A stretch of DNA of 64,000 nt from Raja brachyura (GCA_963514005.1 OY740802.1:2604001-2668000), one strand, 5' to 3'. Positions 38,391 through 51,799 are shown, counted from the first letter of the stretch. Numbers and translations: made by a program. The notes: generated by a model from the letters alone, not told the origin.

Positions 38391-41300
38391 TTCAGGAAAA
38401 GTGTCAGAACATGATCCCTGGCATTATAAATGGTCTACACTGATCTGAGCAAAACCTATGACTTTACCAATCAGAAGTCTCTGTGAAAAAATACAGTTTG
38501 GTTGCCCAGGCCACTATTATAAAACTCATCTGAATGCCTGTTTTGTAGTGTAGTCTGAACTTTTTGCCATCTGATTAGGTGTGAAACATGTGGTGTACTT
38601 GCATCCTTCTCTGTACTTCTATCAGTATGCAAACATTTATCCAACAATGTCTGCCACGGGGCACTGGTATCCAATATTGGACTGGCGGTAACCACTCATC
38701 CTGTGTCAGAACTAAAGTAGCATCAGCTTCTGTAATCAAACACTAATAGGCTGATAATCACACTGCTGTTGTGCAATGAACAAAAGACACAAGCAGCGGG
38801 CAACTGCTTCTCTGAAGCTTATAACAGCCCCGGGCTAACTCTGAACATTGACAAAACTACCACTCATCACCATGTTGCTCTGAGCATTGTCCAGCATAGA
38901 AGATCTATGTTGACAGTGTGGAACATGTTGCCTACCTTGGCCAGAGGGCAACTGGAGATGTAGATTCAGTCCAGTATTTATTCTGCTTATGTGTGTCTGA
39001 AGAAGGGCCTCGACCCAAAACGTCGCCTATCTCCTTCGCTCCTTAGATGCTGCTGCACCCGCTGAGTTTCTCCAGCTTTTTGTGTAACCCTCGATTCTCC
39101 AGCATCTGCAGTTCCTTCTTTAACACTTTATTCTGCTTATCTTGCCTTTGACTGGCTGGCCTGCTGGGTTACTTTCAGAGTGTGTACAAATATCTTACTA
39201 AGCAATGCTAATCTCAACTCGCCTACACATCTGGGTAATTACTGAAAATTTCTGGGAAAACCTGGAATGCCAACACCTCCATTGGAAGAATCCCAATATC
39301 AACTGAAAGATGGAAGCTAACATCTTCAGTGCCTGATTCTACCTCAAATCACCATCAACTAAGGTACAGTCAGGCTCTGGGAGTGTATGAAGCATTCCTA
39401 TCAAAATAACTGCTTTATAACCAATGTCAAAGACAAATTTATTCATCACATACACCCGAAGGTGCAGTGAAATGAATTTGCCAGCAGTGATACACTTAAA
39501 AAGAACACGCAATACACAATAAAATTTAACACAAACATCATGTACCAACAGAGAAGGGAAACTGCAAGGCCAAAATGAAAAGCTTCAAAGAGACAAACAT
39601 CAAAAGAGTCTGCATCACACATCGGCAGACAGTGGCCCAGAACAAAGCTATTGAGCTGATTCTATCTTCCATAAACTCTTACAAAAGGGGAAAGGAAAAT
39701 GGTCTCACCTCGGTCATAGATGACCATGAATTTATCTATGGTTTCTCGTAGCAACCAAGGTTGAATCACATCCTCGCACACCATTTGTAACGCTCTCAAA
39801 TTTGTCTCTGATTTCAGCAGATTTCCCCATCATCTAAATACCCGTTAAACGTTCTTGACCCAATAGATCATCAGCGTCTTCTACAAGGACCACTGGCTTA
39901 ATGGTTCATTGTGTGTCAAATATGATAATGCTACCTTGAGATTCTATATCACAGCCTGTCCATCTCCCTCAATCCCTTTACCTTCATTATCCCCGAACCT
40001 TGAAGCTGTTTTAACCGCACCGTATCCTTTTGAGATCTTTCATTAGTTGCCATCACTCAAGGACAGCCGTCACTAAGTTCCATTCTTCTCTTGTAGCCTT
40101 TTGAGTTTTATGATTATTAAGAAGATGCTCTGTGGTTGTAGAATTGAATGTGTTTCTAGCCCCAGTAACATAGAGGGTTTGAGACATGGAGAGAAAAGGG
40201 TTGAGGTGAGGGTGGGGGTTGGAGGTTTGATGGAGCACTGCCTCATATACATTCTAATAGCAGTGTATGTTTTCTGGGACTACACTGTTGGGTGCTACCA
40301 AATGGGCTGAGGACAAGGAACCGTTAAGTTTGGAACTGAACCACCTTTAAAAATATCTATCCAACATTACCACCACTTCCCTCCCCCAACCCTCACCGCA
40401 GTCTTCCTTCCTGTTGTTTTTGCAGGGCCTTTTGTAAGTTCCCACCAATTTAGCCTTCATGAATTAGTTAATGCTTGTAAAATATTAACACATATCTGCT
40501 TTCTAAAATGTGTGGCTGTAAAATTATAAGTTTGGTGTACAGAATTTCTGGGCTTTTGACAATTTTCTTAATTGACAATTTTTTCACAATTGTTTTGTCA
40601 TGGATCTCAATAAATGTTAACTTGTCCACAATGTGAATTCCAGATTGTTTCAAAGACCTTTTTGGACAAAAAATAAATAAAAAATTACCACATATGTACA
40701 AAAGTGGACACATCATTCAACTCCTCTCAATGCAGAGTTTACATATTGGAAATGTTGATGCTTCGACCCAAATGGTTGAAAGCTCCTTCCAGTTACTGTC
40801 AGGTAATCATCCCTGAATAAATTCATAATTTTGAAAGAGGTTGAGGACTAAATGTAAAAATTGAATTATGTTATTCACAAAGAACAATCTACTGGGTTAA
40901 CATTACATCTGTTTCGTTGTTTGTCATTTTGTTTACAACTTTGCACATTAGAAATGTGTTAATTTGTTTAAAAAACGTCAGACCAAGAATTTTATAAATA
41001 ATTTTTCACAGTTAGATTGGTGCTTTGACAAAATATGATGCCAAAAGATGACAAGATTTGTTTATTTTTAAAGATATTACTAGTTATTTTGAATAAAACA
41101 TGCTGACAGGTCTGGTGTCCATTATAAAATTAGGAATAAAAGTTTGTGTGTGGAAAGTGAACACAATTTGTAAGGTTTTTACCCATATTAACCCATATTT
41201 CAAGAGTTAGGCTTCTTCTTCCGTATGGCGTGCACAGATTAAAGTTGTAGGACAACCTGTTCTATTTGATCTTATTGGTTTGTGCACACCAGGTTGATTG

Positions 41301-41889
41301 CATTCGTCGAAACAGGGCGGACCACGTGAAGGTTGTAATCTCCCACCCCAAGAGTTAGGCGTCATAGCAAGACAAAATGATTTCATCTTGGTCACACTGA
41401 CCTTTGCTGAGAATCTATTCCTGTCTGTAACTGCATCCACTTCATCTCTCCTCTCTCTCCACCACCTCCCCCCCTTCTCTCCCCCCCCCCCCCCCCAAAC
41501 ATTCTCTTTCCATATTGAGAACTGCTGGTATGGTCTGCTTAAAGCAGCTATGAAAAAAGTCAAAATTAATACATTTTAATATTTTAATCTCCTGCAAATT
41601 AGCTTTAATTTGCAATGCTCTAAGTGGTTTTCATGGTTGCATCAGATATGGTAACACAGTCGGCAATTGACTGTAAATTTAGCCATGTGTGCAAAATTCC
41701 TGGGGAGGGTATACACTGGGAATTATTTTAATGGTAAATACTGGCTGATGATTAATGAGCCGTTTGACTACAAATCTGCTCATTTGTAACCTTCACAAAA
41801 TCTTCAACATGTCTTCTACATACACCCAAAGTGACCAAAGCCAAAATTAATTTGCTTATGCACTTTAAACTCAGCAGGCATAAATCTTT

Positions 41890-42182
41890 AGGAAAGAACT
41901 GCAGATGTTGGTTTAAACTGAAGATGGACACAAATTGCTGGAGTAACTCAGCGATGGGGGGTGAGATTGACTTTAAATTAAAGACCTCTTGTAATATACA
42001 AAGCTTAAACAAATGGGCAGGATGAAGTAGCCAACTTTATTTGTAGGAAGGAACTGCAGATGTTGGTTAAACCAAAGATGTTTTGGGTCTTCGAAGGGTC
42101 TCGACCCGAAACGTCACCCATTCCTTCTCCCCAGAGATGCTGCCTGTCCCGCTGAGTTACTCCAGCATTTTGTGTCTATCTT
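41890..42182. mobile_element. Composite Penelope-type insertion with captured intronic sequence
   Basis: 14-bp TSD AGGCATAAATCTTT at 41876-41889 and 42183-42196; interior 41956-42079 is the reverse complement of about 29894-30018. Confidence 0.9.
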
Positions 42183-42936
42183 AGGCATAAATCTTTGGTT
42201 CTTATTTGTGCAAAAAATAATAACAAACAATTAAAGTTGCATGTTTATTCCAAGTTCAGTTTATTCTATCCAATAAATAACACTTTGTAATTTAGAATCA
42301 TATTTTTGGATTCTGATCAGCTACATTTTTCGGATAGCAAGGCAAAAACACCACCCTAAAGATCAGGGCAATCCTATCAACAACTAGAGAGCATTCCTGA
42401 GCTACTATCTACCTCATTGGAGATCCTCGGACTACATTTAATCGGACTTTACTGGACTTTATCTGGCACGAAAGGTTTTTCCCTTTATCCTGAATCACTT
42501 TATCTGTACCCAGTAGATGGCTTGATTGTCATCATGAATAGTCTTTCCGTTGACTGGTAAGCACACAATAAAAGCTTTTCACTGTACCCCGGTACACGTG
42601 ACAAAAAACTAAACCAAACTAGATGTCATTTAACTGTAATGCAAAAAGTGTGTAACTCAATTTACCAGTAAATTTGAAGTCAAATCTCTTCCAGTCTTTT
42701 AAGTGGAAGATTAGTTCACCGACACTGCTCTATGAGACGAGATCGAATGTTTGCTGTAATTTGCAGACAGATTTGTTTCTCATATTCTTGTTACTGGGTT
42801 TTATTGTAATTCGAAATGTGGAGTGAGTGTTTGACTGATTATAATAATAATAATAATTCATCTTTGTCAATAATAAACAGTCTAAGATGTTTATGAAACT
42901 ATTGCAGTCAGTGAATACTGTAATGTGCTTCCACAG

Positions 42937-43092
42937 ACTGGAGATGGAGTCACAGCTAAGGAGAGCATCTCTCTGAAACGTGTGGCGGTTGTGGAGGATT
43001 TTTTCGACATTATTTATTCTATGCACGTGGAAACGGGGACAGAGACCGGGAGGACGGCGAAACACGCCGGCCAGAAACGGACTTATAAAGCG
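42937..43092 (+). CDS. NOL4L: NOL4L coding exon 2
   Basis: Acceptor ccacag|, 156 nt, TGDGVTAKESISLKRVAVVEDFFDIIYSMHVETGTETGRTAKHAGQKRTYKA, donor GCG|GTGAGC. Phase 0-0, in frame with exon 1. Not in the ORF track. Confidence 0.95.
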
Positions 43093-45263
43093 GTGAGCTA
43101 AAAATGCCTTCACTAATTCCTTAACTTCAATAAATCAGGGTTTCTTCGTTGAAGACATGAGAAACCACGGGTACTGGAATCTTGAGCAAGACACAACGTG
43201 CTGGATGGACTCAGCGGGTCAGGCAGCATCTGTGGAGGGAATGGACAGGCGACGATTCGAGTAGGGCTCTTGTTTTGAGACCCCGGAGAAAGGTCTGTCC
43301 AAGTCTGAGCTGAGTTCCTCCTGCTCTTTGTGTTTTGTTTACAATGTTGTTGTTATAATTTATTCCAACTTTATTTCAATCATAGAAATGGCTGCTCTGC
43401 TTGAGTATTATAACCACAATATAACTGGCATTTAGTTTAGTCTAGTTTAGGGATACAGTGTGGAAACAGGCCCTTCGGGCCATCAAGGTCTATACTGGTT
43501 ATATCACTTGTTCTATCCCACCCACGAGGGGCAATTTACAGAGGCCAAATAACCTACAAACTGCATGTGGGGGGGGGGGGGGGGGGGGGGAACCGGATCA
43601 CCCGGAGGAAAACCATGCAGTCACAAAGAGAATGTGCAAACTCCACACTGACAGCACCTGAGGTCAGGATTGAATTCGGGTCTCTGGGGCTGTGAGGCAG
43701 CAGGTCTGGCAGCTGTGCCACTGTCAAATGAGTCTGCAATGCCGAATATTTGAGAGGCCTTGGATAAAGGGTGAAGCTTAGATTCTCTAAAATGTGCTGT
43801 AAAGTAGCAAAGAGTGATTGGTGAAATTAGCGCTAAGGATCTGCTTGATGAATACAAATGTTGGACAGCATTTCACAAAGCTCACTGTTGTGTGGAGCAG
43901 AGTGCATTTATAAAACTATCTCTATTTCATGGTCATCTAAGTATTCACTTTGCAAATTTAAAATAAACTCAAGATAAACATACATGCTGGTGTAACTCAG
44001 CGGGACAGGCAGCATCTCTGGAGAAAAGGAATGGGTGACATTTCGGGTCGAGACCCTTCATCAGACTCACTTGCCTGTTTAGTTCAGCTTTGCATTTGCC
44101 ACTTTCCACTGTTTTTACATGGAGATACTGTTCAGCTTTATGCATAATGCTTCTAAATTGACTCTCCCCTCATTTGTGGGATCAAGTGTTTACCTGTATT
44201 ACATTTACGGGCGATATGTGAAATACTGTACAGGTTTAAAATTGAACAGTCGTCACATAGGGACAGCATTTTAATGACCAAAGTCTATATAATTAATTAA
44301 AAGAGATGTGTAAAGTACAGGTTTAAAATTGAACAAACCTTGCAGAGGGACAGCTTGTTTTACGTGCAGAGTCTATGCAGTTAATTAAACTGTATTTAAT
44401 GCAATGTATTAATCTGATGACCTGCTGAGAACTGTTTTGCTGCGATTCAGACTAGCTGCTTTTGGAAGAATAGTATTTTCCAGGAATCAGAATGAAATAA
44501 GCAACCAAAAGCCAATGATTCGATGCTCAGTCCTGTTGTTTATCTATAAATTCAGTCAATCACTCTGGTGCAAGTGTGATATTCATTAATAACTGCAGCC
44601 TCACAGTTTCAAGAACCTGGGTTTGAATTCGATCTTGTGCTGTCTGTGTGGAGTTTGCACGTTCTCCCTTTGGTTGGGCACTCTGGTTTCATCCAAAAAA
44701 CCCACAGTCTTGTTGATTGGGCTAAAGTAAACGACACTGTATTTAAGTGACAATTGAAAGGGAATTGCAGACACAAGGAACTGCAGATGCTGGAATAAAG
44801 GAATTTGATGGGCAGGTAAATTGCAAGGAAATAAGAAAAGTGGAATGGGATTGCTCTGCTGATGGAGTTCAGCATGAACTCAATAAGCAAGAGGGCCTCT
44901 TGTGTATCGCAATAGCTTTACAGAACTAAAATATCAAAGATTTGAAGTAATTATACTAAATTTTAGATATGTGCAGCATATGAGGTGAAACAGAGCTGGT
45001 GGTTCGCCAACCTCCATAAGCTAAATATAACAGGACCAACACTTTTCCCATTTTTTTAGTTGTTCAGATTAATGAATTCTTCATAATTGGTCAATTAAGT
45101 AAATAGCTGGAGTGGGGGAACCACTGTGGGGGAGCGGGAAGAACAATGGACACTCGGTATGGGGGGGGGGGGGGACAAAGGAGGAGCCGGCGTACTTTGT
45201 AACTTTGTCAGCACCTTGGGTATGCAAGCAAAGAATTTCACTGTGCCTTGCCACATGTGACAA

Positions 45264-45790
45264 TAGGGTTGCCAACTTTCTCACTCCCAAGTATGGGACA
45301 AAAGGTCAAAATACGGGACAAATTCCAGACGGCAATTCGTTGACCGACTCGGCCGTGGCTGGGTGAATGATGAGTTGGCCCGGGTGCTGGACTGCACACA
45401 AAGCCCAGCCGGCGGGCCAGCTGAGGAGTTTTGGCCCGCGCGACATCGCACGCAAAGTGCGGCGCCCCGTCCAACTCATGAACTGATGATCCGCCGTGAG
45501 AAGGAGGGGTGGTGGTGGTGTCAGCGGTTAGCGAAGGTCTGAAGGTCGGACAGCTGGTCGGGCAGCCGACCGACCAACGGGGCCACAGGCGAGGCGCTGC
45601 TGTTGCACTCCATGGGCTGCACTACTTCGGGACGGGTGAGGCGGGGCCGGACGCGGCGCTCTGACCCGACGATCCCCTCGACCCGAGTAGTAGCGGTCAA
45701 ATATGGGACGAGGGCGGTCCCATACGGGACAAACTAATTTAGCCCAATATACGGGATGTCCCGCCTAATACGGGACAGTTAGCAACCCTA
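45264..45790. mobile_element. hAT-type non-autonomous DNA transposon
   Basis: TIR TAGGGTTGCCAACT / AGTTAGCAACCCTA, perfect 8-bp TSD TGTGACAA (45256-45263 and 45791-45798), subterminal ATACGGGAC repeats. Confidence 0.92.
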
Positions 45791-47074
45791 TGTGACAATA
45801 AAGTATTCCATTCGATAATTTGAGAATTTTGGGAATTCTGTGTTTGTGAATGATGATTGATGGATTCAGGTTACAAAAGATTCTGCAGTTAGACTGTTCA
45901 ATGATACTTTGTTTGGCAGTTATGAAATAAATGTTTAAAATTACAATTCACTCTCTTTCAAATGACAACATCATACCTTTTTACCATGTCCGATTTTAAA
46001 ATTGGAATTCAGAATATTTTAACTTTAGTTTTCCTTTTTGAAGGCCCTGGTGAACATTGGTCCATTCTGGGAATGTCATGGAGCCAGAGTGTGAAATGTG
46101 ATTATTTCATTTCATCATTGACAATATTATAAGAGAGAAGTTCTTCACTTCTGGGTCAAAAATGGCTGGTGCTGTTAATTTCCAACATGCATATCTTCAT
46201 GCAAATCAGTGAAAACAATTTCATTTTCATATTGGTAAACTAATTGATGTGACTACTCAATTTGTTGAGTTTATCCTATAATGTAATGTATTCATTTACA
46301 TATTGACAGGGTGAATAGGTTGGTTTCCCAGTATCATGTGGTACTGATTAGCAAACTGAAGAGAATATATAAGCTAGTACTTATCTTTCAGTTTTTTTAA
46401 CTAATTATAATGCTTTCAGGGGTTTCTGCTGTACTTTACCATTCCTGATACAATTTTTCAAATTTAAATCGTACAAATTTAAGTTTGGATTTCAATCCTT
46501 ACATCGTAGGCCTAGCACAAAATATTGTTGAAACATAAACAACTGATAAGCGAAAAGGACTGATAGTATTCATCTTTAATCATCACACATTCAGTAAAGC
46601 AGAACATGTTTTGAAGTTAATATATGGAAGGTACGTGTGTCATCTTTGGTTGGCATGTTATCTGCAAAGAATGATTGCACTGTATGGGTGAAGTACTGTT
46701 TTTGTGAATGTGCCACATGCATTTGGCACTCCAGAAGTACCATGACCCATAATTATCACAAATTCAGATTTTTGAATAGCCTAACCTCTCCAAATAAACT
46801 GCCTTTCTAAATACTGAAATTCTAATGAACCTTTCATTTCTGGGGGAAACAAAAACACTACCGTGGCAGTCAATATGATGATTATGTTTAGCTATTTTTC
46901 TGTATATGTATCCAAATCCTTAAATTATTTATGAGGTCCTTTGTTTTATTAAAAAGAGCTAAAAGAAATGGATCACGCAGGAAATGTGACATAGTCTGTT
47001 GCTTTATACTTTAATTTATATCATTAGTTATCTTTTGCTGATTTGTTTTCCCTATGAAGGGGAAATCCTGTTTT

Positions 47075-48230
47075 TTTATGAAAGGGTAATCCTGCTTGAC
47101 TTTTGAGGAAGTGACAAGTAAAATGGATGAAGGAGAGCCAGTTGATGTAATGTATCTGGAATTTAAGAAAGCCTTTGATAAGGTCCCACACAGGGGATTA
47201 GTGGGCAAAATAAGAGCACATGGTATTGGGGTTAGGTTATTGACATGAATTGAGAATTGGTTGGCAGTCAGGAAACAAAGAGTAGGAATAAACGGATCCC
47301 TGTCGGAATGGCAGGCAGTGGCGAGTGGAGTGCTGCAAGGCTCGGTGCTGTGGCCACAACTATTTACAATATATATTAATGATTTAGATGATGGTATTAA
47401 AAGTAACACTAGCAAATTTGCGGATGACACAAAGCTGGGTGGCAGTGTGAACTGCGAAGAGGATGCGAGGAGGTTGCAGGGTGACTTGGACAGGATGAGT
47501 GAGTGGGCAGATGCATGGCAGATGTAGTATAATGTAGATAAATCTGAGGTTATACACTTTGGCGGCAAGAACAAGGAGCCAGATTATTATCTCAATGGTG
47601 TCAGATTAGGAACAAGGGAAGAGCAACAAGATCTGGGTGTCTTTGTACACCTGTCACTGAAAGTAAACATGCAGGTATAGCAGGCAATGAATAAAGCTAA
47701 TGGCATGTTGGCCTTCATAACACGAGGATTTGAGTATAGGAGTAAAGAAGTCCTTCTGCCATTGTACAGGGCCCTGGTGAGACCACACCTGGAGTATTGT
47801 GTGTAGTTTTGGTCTCCTAATTTGAGGAAGAACATCCTTGCTATTGAAGCAGTGAAGCGTAGGTTCACGAGGTTAATTCCCGGGATGACGGGACTGTCAT
47901 ATGAAGAAAGATTGGAAAGACTGGGCTTGTATTCACTGGAATTTAGAAGGATGAGAGGGGATCTTATAGAAACATATACAATTATAAAAGGACTGGACAA
48001 GCTATATGCAGGAAATAAATTCCACAGAAGGCAACAGAGGCTATTTCACTGGATGAATTAAAAAGAAAGTTAGATAGAGCTCTAGGGGCAAACGGAATCA
48101 AGGGATATGGGGAGAAGGCAGGTACAGGTTACTGATTGTAGATGATCAGTCATGATCACAATGAATGGCGGTGCAGGCTTGAAGGGCCAAATGGCCTCCT
48201 CCTGCACCTATTCTCTTTATTTCTATGTTT
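47075..48230 (+). mobile_element. CR1 LINE 3' fragment, degenerate RT
   Basis: KAFDKVPH, QGSVLWP, FADDTKLGG and RGDLIETY with stops; 3' UTR ending TTCTATGTTTCT. Confidence 0.95.
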
Positions 48231-49703
48231 CTGGGCACAGCACGGAAAAGCTTCTATACACAGCACAAACTTAGTGACTTTCATTTTTAATGGAAAAATA
48301 TACCTTTTAACCATCCTTGTTTCACTATATATCATTTTATAGACATGACAATATATAATGAAATTATCTAACATACAGTTAATGTAGAGAAAGCCCACTG
48401 CATTAAACAATTGCTACATCTACTGTGATTTTATTATGTTCAAAGTAATTTCAAGAATAAAGCTTGTAAAATCAGTCTAGTTTGTTACATATAACAGTTT
48501 GGTACGAGTTGTGAACAGAATAGAAATCAACCCGTCCTCCCAAACAATACAGGTGTATGCACAATTATCTATTGACCGTGATAATTTAACATCGTACTTA
48601 TCAATTATATAAAATCTTTAATTGTATCCTGTGTATTGCTGAAATGTATAATAAATCCTTTTAAAACATCAAGAGTACTTTTTTGTCGCTTGCTTATTTG
48701 CTGTTTCTTTTAACATGCCAAACAGTAGTGGTACATACATCAAATTAATTCATACTATCTTTTGCTTTAAAATGTAAAAAATGGTTTTACAAGTCTATTG
48801 CAAAAGGACTAATTAGGTCTTTGCGTGGGGTGAGGGTCATCTAATTAAAGTGGCCTTCTGCAGATTTAATCAATGAAGCACTATGCATCAAATCAGCATC
48901 TTCCTGAGGTCATCTGTTGCTGGCCCTAATTTGTTCTGGCCTTCCTTCGCCTCAAGTTTACTCACTCCCCCCCCCCCCCATCCCCCCCATCCCCCATGGC
49001 AGGTGTCATGGGTTGTTATAACATTAGACTCTCATGGTTGCTAATGCTGAACATTTGAGATATTTGTGGACTTTCTCCCTGTGGGTTTTATTCCGGGAGC
49101 ACCTGTTTCCTCCCACATCCCCAAGACATGAATCCAACGGGTAGCTGATATCTTTGATAATGTTTAGTATGAATGACGCAGACACAATTTATCTCTTATA
49201 TCTAAAGTAACTAACATACAACGGCTGAATTTCAAGATCACGGTTGTTATTTCGACTGCTTAATCTCTCAAAGTAAATTATATAACGGGCACAAAATGCT
49301 TTATATAATGCTTTATATTTGTGCCAGTTATATTTAGTGCAAATAGAGTGGTTAACATTTACTTCATGGTAAGCACTCATATTCTTTATTATAGAATGTC
49401 AGGCATTAGTGAGTATTATTTAAAAGAAACAAAGTACAATTTTCCTGTAATTATTCCAAGGATGATCTTGGTTTCTGTGGCAACCTCCAACTGGTGAAAA
49501 CTTCATATTACAACAAAAATTTTATCCTGATGCATCAACACGTAATGATTACACAGAGCAAGTTGTGAAGTGACAGGTGTTTAATAAGTGTGTAAGGTTT
49601 CTTTGTTGTCCTATTCTATTGTCTGCTTTCAATTGCAGATTGCCTTTGTAAATAAAATGGCAGCTTCATCCTAACTGGAATATTTTCCATTTCTTGAAAT
49701 CAG

Positions 49704-49815
49704 ATAGCTGAAACGTACGCATTCCTCCCAAGAGAAGCAGTGACAAGGTTTCTAATGAGCTGCACTGAATGTCAAAAACGAATGCACATAAACCCAAATA
49801 GTGTGGACTCAAAAG
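49704..49815 (+). CDS. NOL4L: NOL4L coding exon 3
   Basis: Acceptor aatcag|, 112 nt, IAETYAFLPREAVTRFLMSCTECQKRMHINPNSVDSK plus G, donor |GTAAAT. IAETY and CTEC are NOL4L-type residues (NOL4 has ISESY and CSEC, from memory). Confidence 0.95.
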
Positions 49816-49922
49816 GTAAATATAAAAGACTGCTGAACCTCGTAACTTTCTGCAGGAGCAGTTTTATTACTGATGTCCGGAATCAATAAATCATTATGCA
49901 CTTTATTTCATACATTTTTCAG

Positions 49923-50032
49923 AAAATGAAAGACCTTCATCACTGGCTGGGGTGATAGATTATAACATGCCCATAACTGCCACATACCTGAAACAGATGA
50001 AACTCCAATTTATGTGTGGATCTCAAGAACTG
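49923..50032 (+). CDS. NOL4L: NOL4L coding exon 4
   Basis: 107-nt intron, acceptor tttttcag|, 110 nt, (E)[36 protein letters not shown], donor CTG|GTAGGT. Phase 1 matches exon 3. No later exon was recognised, so the gene probably continues past the window. Confidence 0.93.
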
Positions 50033-51295
50033 GTAGGTTTGACTAAATACAAATGTTTCACATTTATGTATTATGTGATTTTGATCTGGTATAGTTCACA
50101 AAACTCATTTCTGCAAATATTTCAAAATTGGTGTTATCTTGATAACCTCAATAATATATTAAGTACAATTGGAAAATGTAAAATATTGTGACCAAGAACT
50201 TTCCATAGATTTTTGGGGATACTTACAAACGTCTTTGTTATAAAACTTATGGCCAAGAAGTTCACATTCATGTTTGTGTTGGTGAATGAATCACACACCT
50301 CATTTCCTTTATGCTGTTTAATAAATGTTCCTTTACTGATGTGGTTTAAGAGAGAGAATCAAGAATATGTAAATGTTGTATGTACACACAATGGAACAAT
50401 TAATTATTCCAATTCTTTGAAAAAACAGAATTACAAATCCTTAAAGTATGGAAAACAATATTCCCAAAAGCCTGGCCACTGAATGGAAAGGTAAACAAAG
50501 ATATAGATGCAGCAGGAGGAAATAATGTCGTGTGGAAAAGAGACTAGAAAGAATAAACACTACTTATTTTGTTTCATCCAATAAAGTTCTGCTTCGTAGC
50601 GGCCGAATAGCAAAGTATTTTTGCCAAGTCCATTTTCGGATGAGTTGTTGATTATATTTGATCGGGCATCAGTTTGAGACAAGCTTGCCCTCTGGTGTTA
50701 GGGATTTGTAATTAATGAAATAATTTGAGAAAAAATTCTATCTGTGGAAATACTATTATTGAGATAAAATAGTTGCATTAAAATATCTGAAAATGTGAAC
50801 GCTGCACATCTCAATGTTGTCGTTTTGTAATTATCTTCCCAGAATTTATAAACAAAAATAAACTGTAATAGCGATATTCCTCATCCGTTTGGCAACTTTA
50901 ACATGTATGATATTTAAACTGGCTTAGTGAGTAGTATAGTGTTTTGAAACAAATGTTGCTTTTGTGCAGAGACAATATTTTTTTAAATACAAAATAAATG
51001 GGATGATACTTCCTTGAAATGGAAGAAATAAATTTCAGACAATTGCGAATCGCTTTGTTAATGATACCAGAAAGATATGTTAAAACACTAATGCAAGACA
51101 GGCCATTGAGGTTTTTTTAAATAATCTACCATTTGCAAAATGTTATGCTGCAAGAAACTCTAGGTGCTGCACATTATTGAATTGCTTACAGAGATATTTT
51201 TAATGGCCTGGTTTGCAGAATGGAGAAGGATTGGATTTGTGAATCCGTTTGGAAATGAGTCTTTACTGAGGCTGGTGATGCCATTTGAGAGAGAA

Positions 51296-51420
51296 TGGGA
51301 AGGAGGAGGAGAGGTGGGGGTTGGAGGGATAAGAGGTGGGAGGGGAGGAATAGGTGGGGGGGAGAAGAGGTGTGGGGGGGAGAGAAGAGGTGGGGGGGGG
51401 AGAAGAGGTGGGGGGGGGAG
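51296..51420. repeat. G-rich degenerate tandem repeat
   Basis: Repeated AGAAGAGGTGGGGGGGG-like units. Confidence 0.85.
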
Positions 51421-51799
51421 TGTGAGAATGTGTGACGTTCTGCACAGCTGCTTGGAAATAACATCACCAGAATTTATGATAAAAATGTGAATTTGTAAAG
51501 GCATGGTGTCTTGGCAATTGACCCTGAATTGCAAATTTACAAGTTTGGTGCATCTCAGAATTATTGTTGCAAATATCTAGTTGTTTTATTAACTTTATAT
51601 TATTTCTCATACCTCTGGGTCTGCAAAGCATTTTTTCCCCTTTTATTTTGCACCAGAAACATTTTTTTTAATTTTGGTGCTATAGTTTCTGGTTTAGACT
51701 CTGGGTTGTAAGAAGACTTTTTCATTTTGAATAGTGGAATTGTTGTGCGATTGCTCTCTGTGTCGGTTCACGGTGGACATGATGCACTGAGAATGATCT

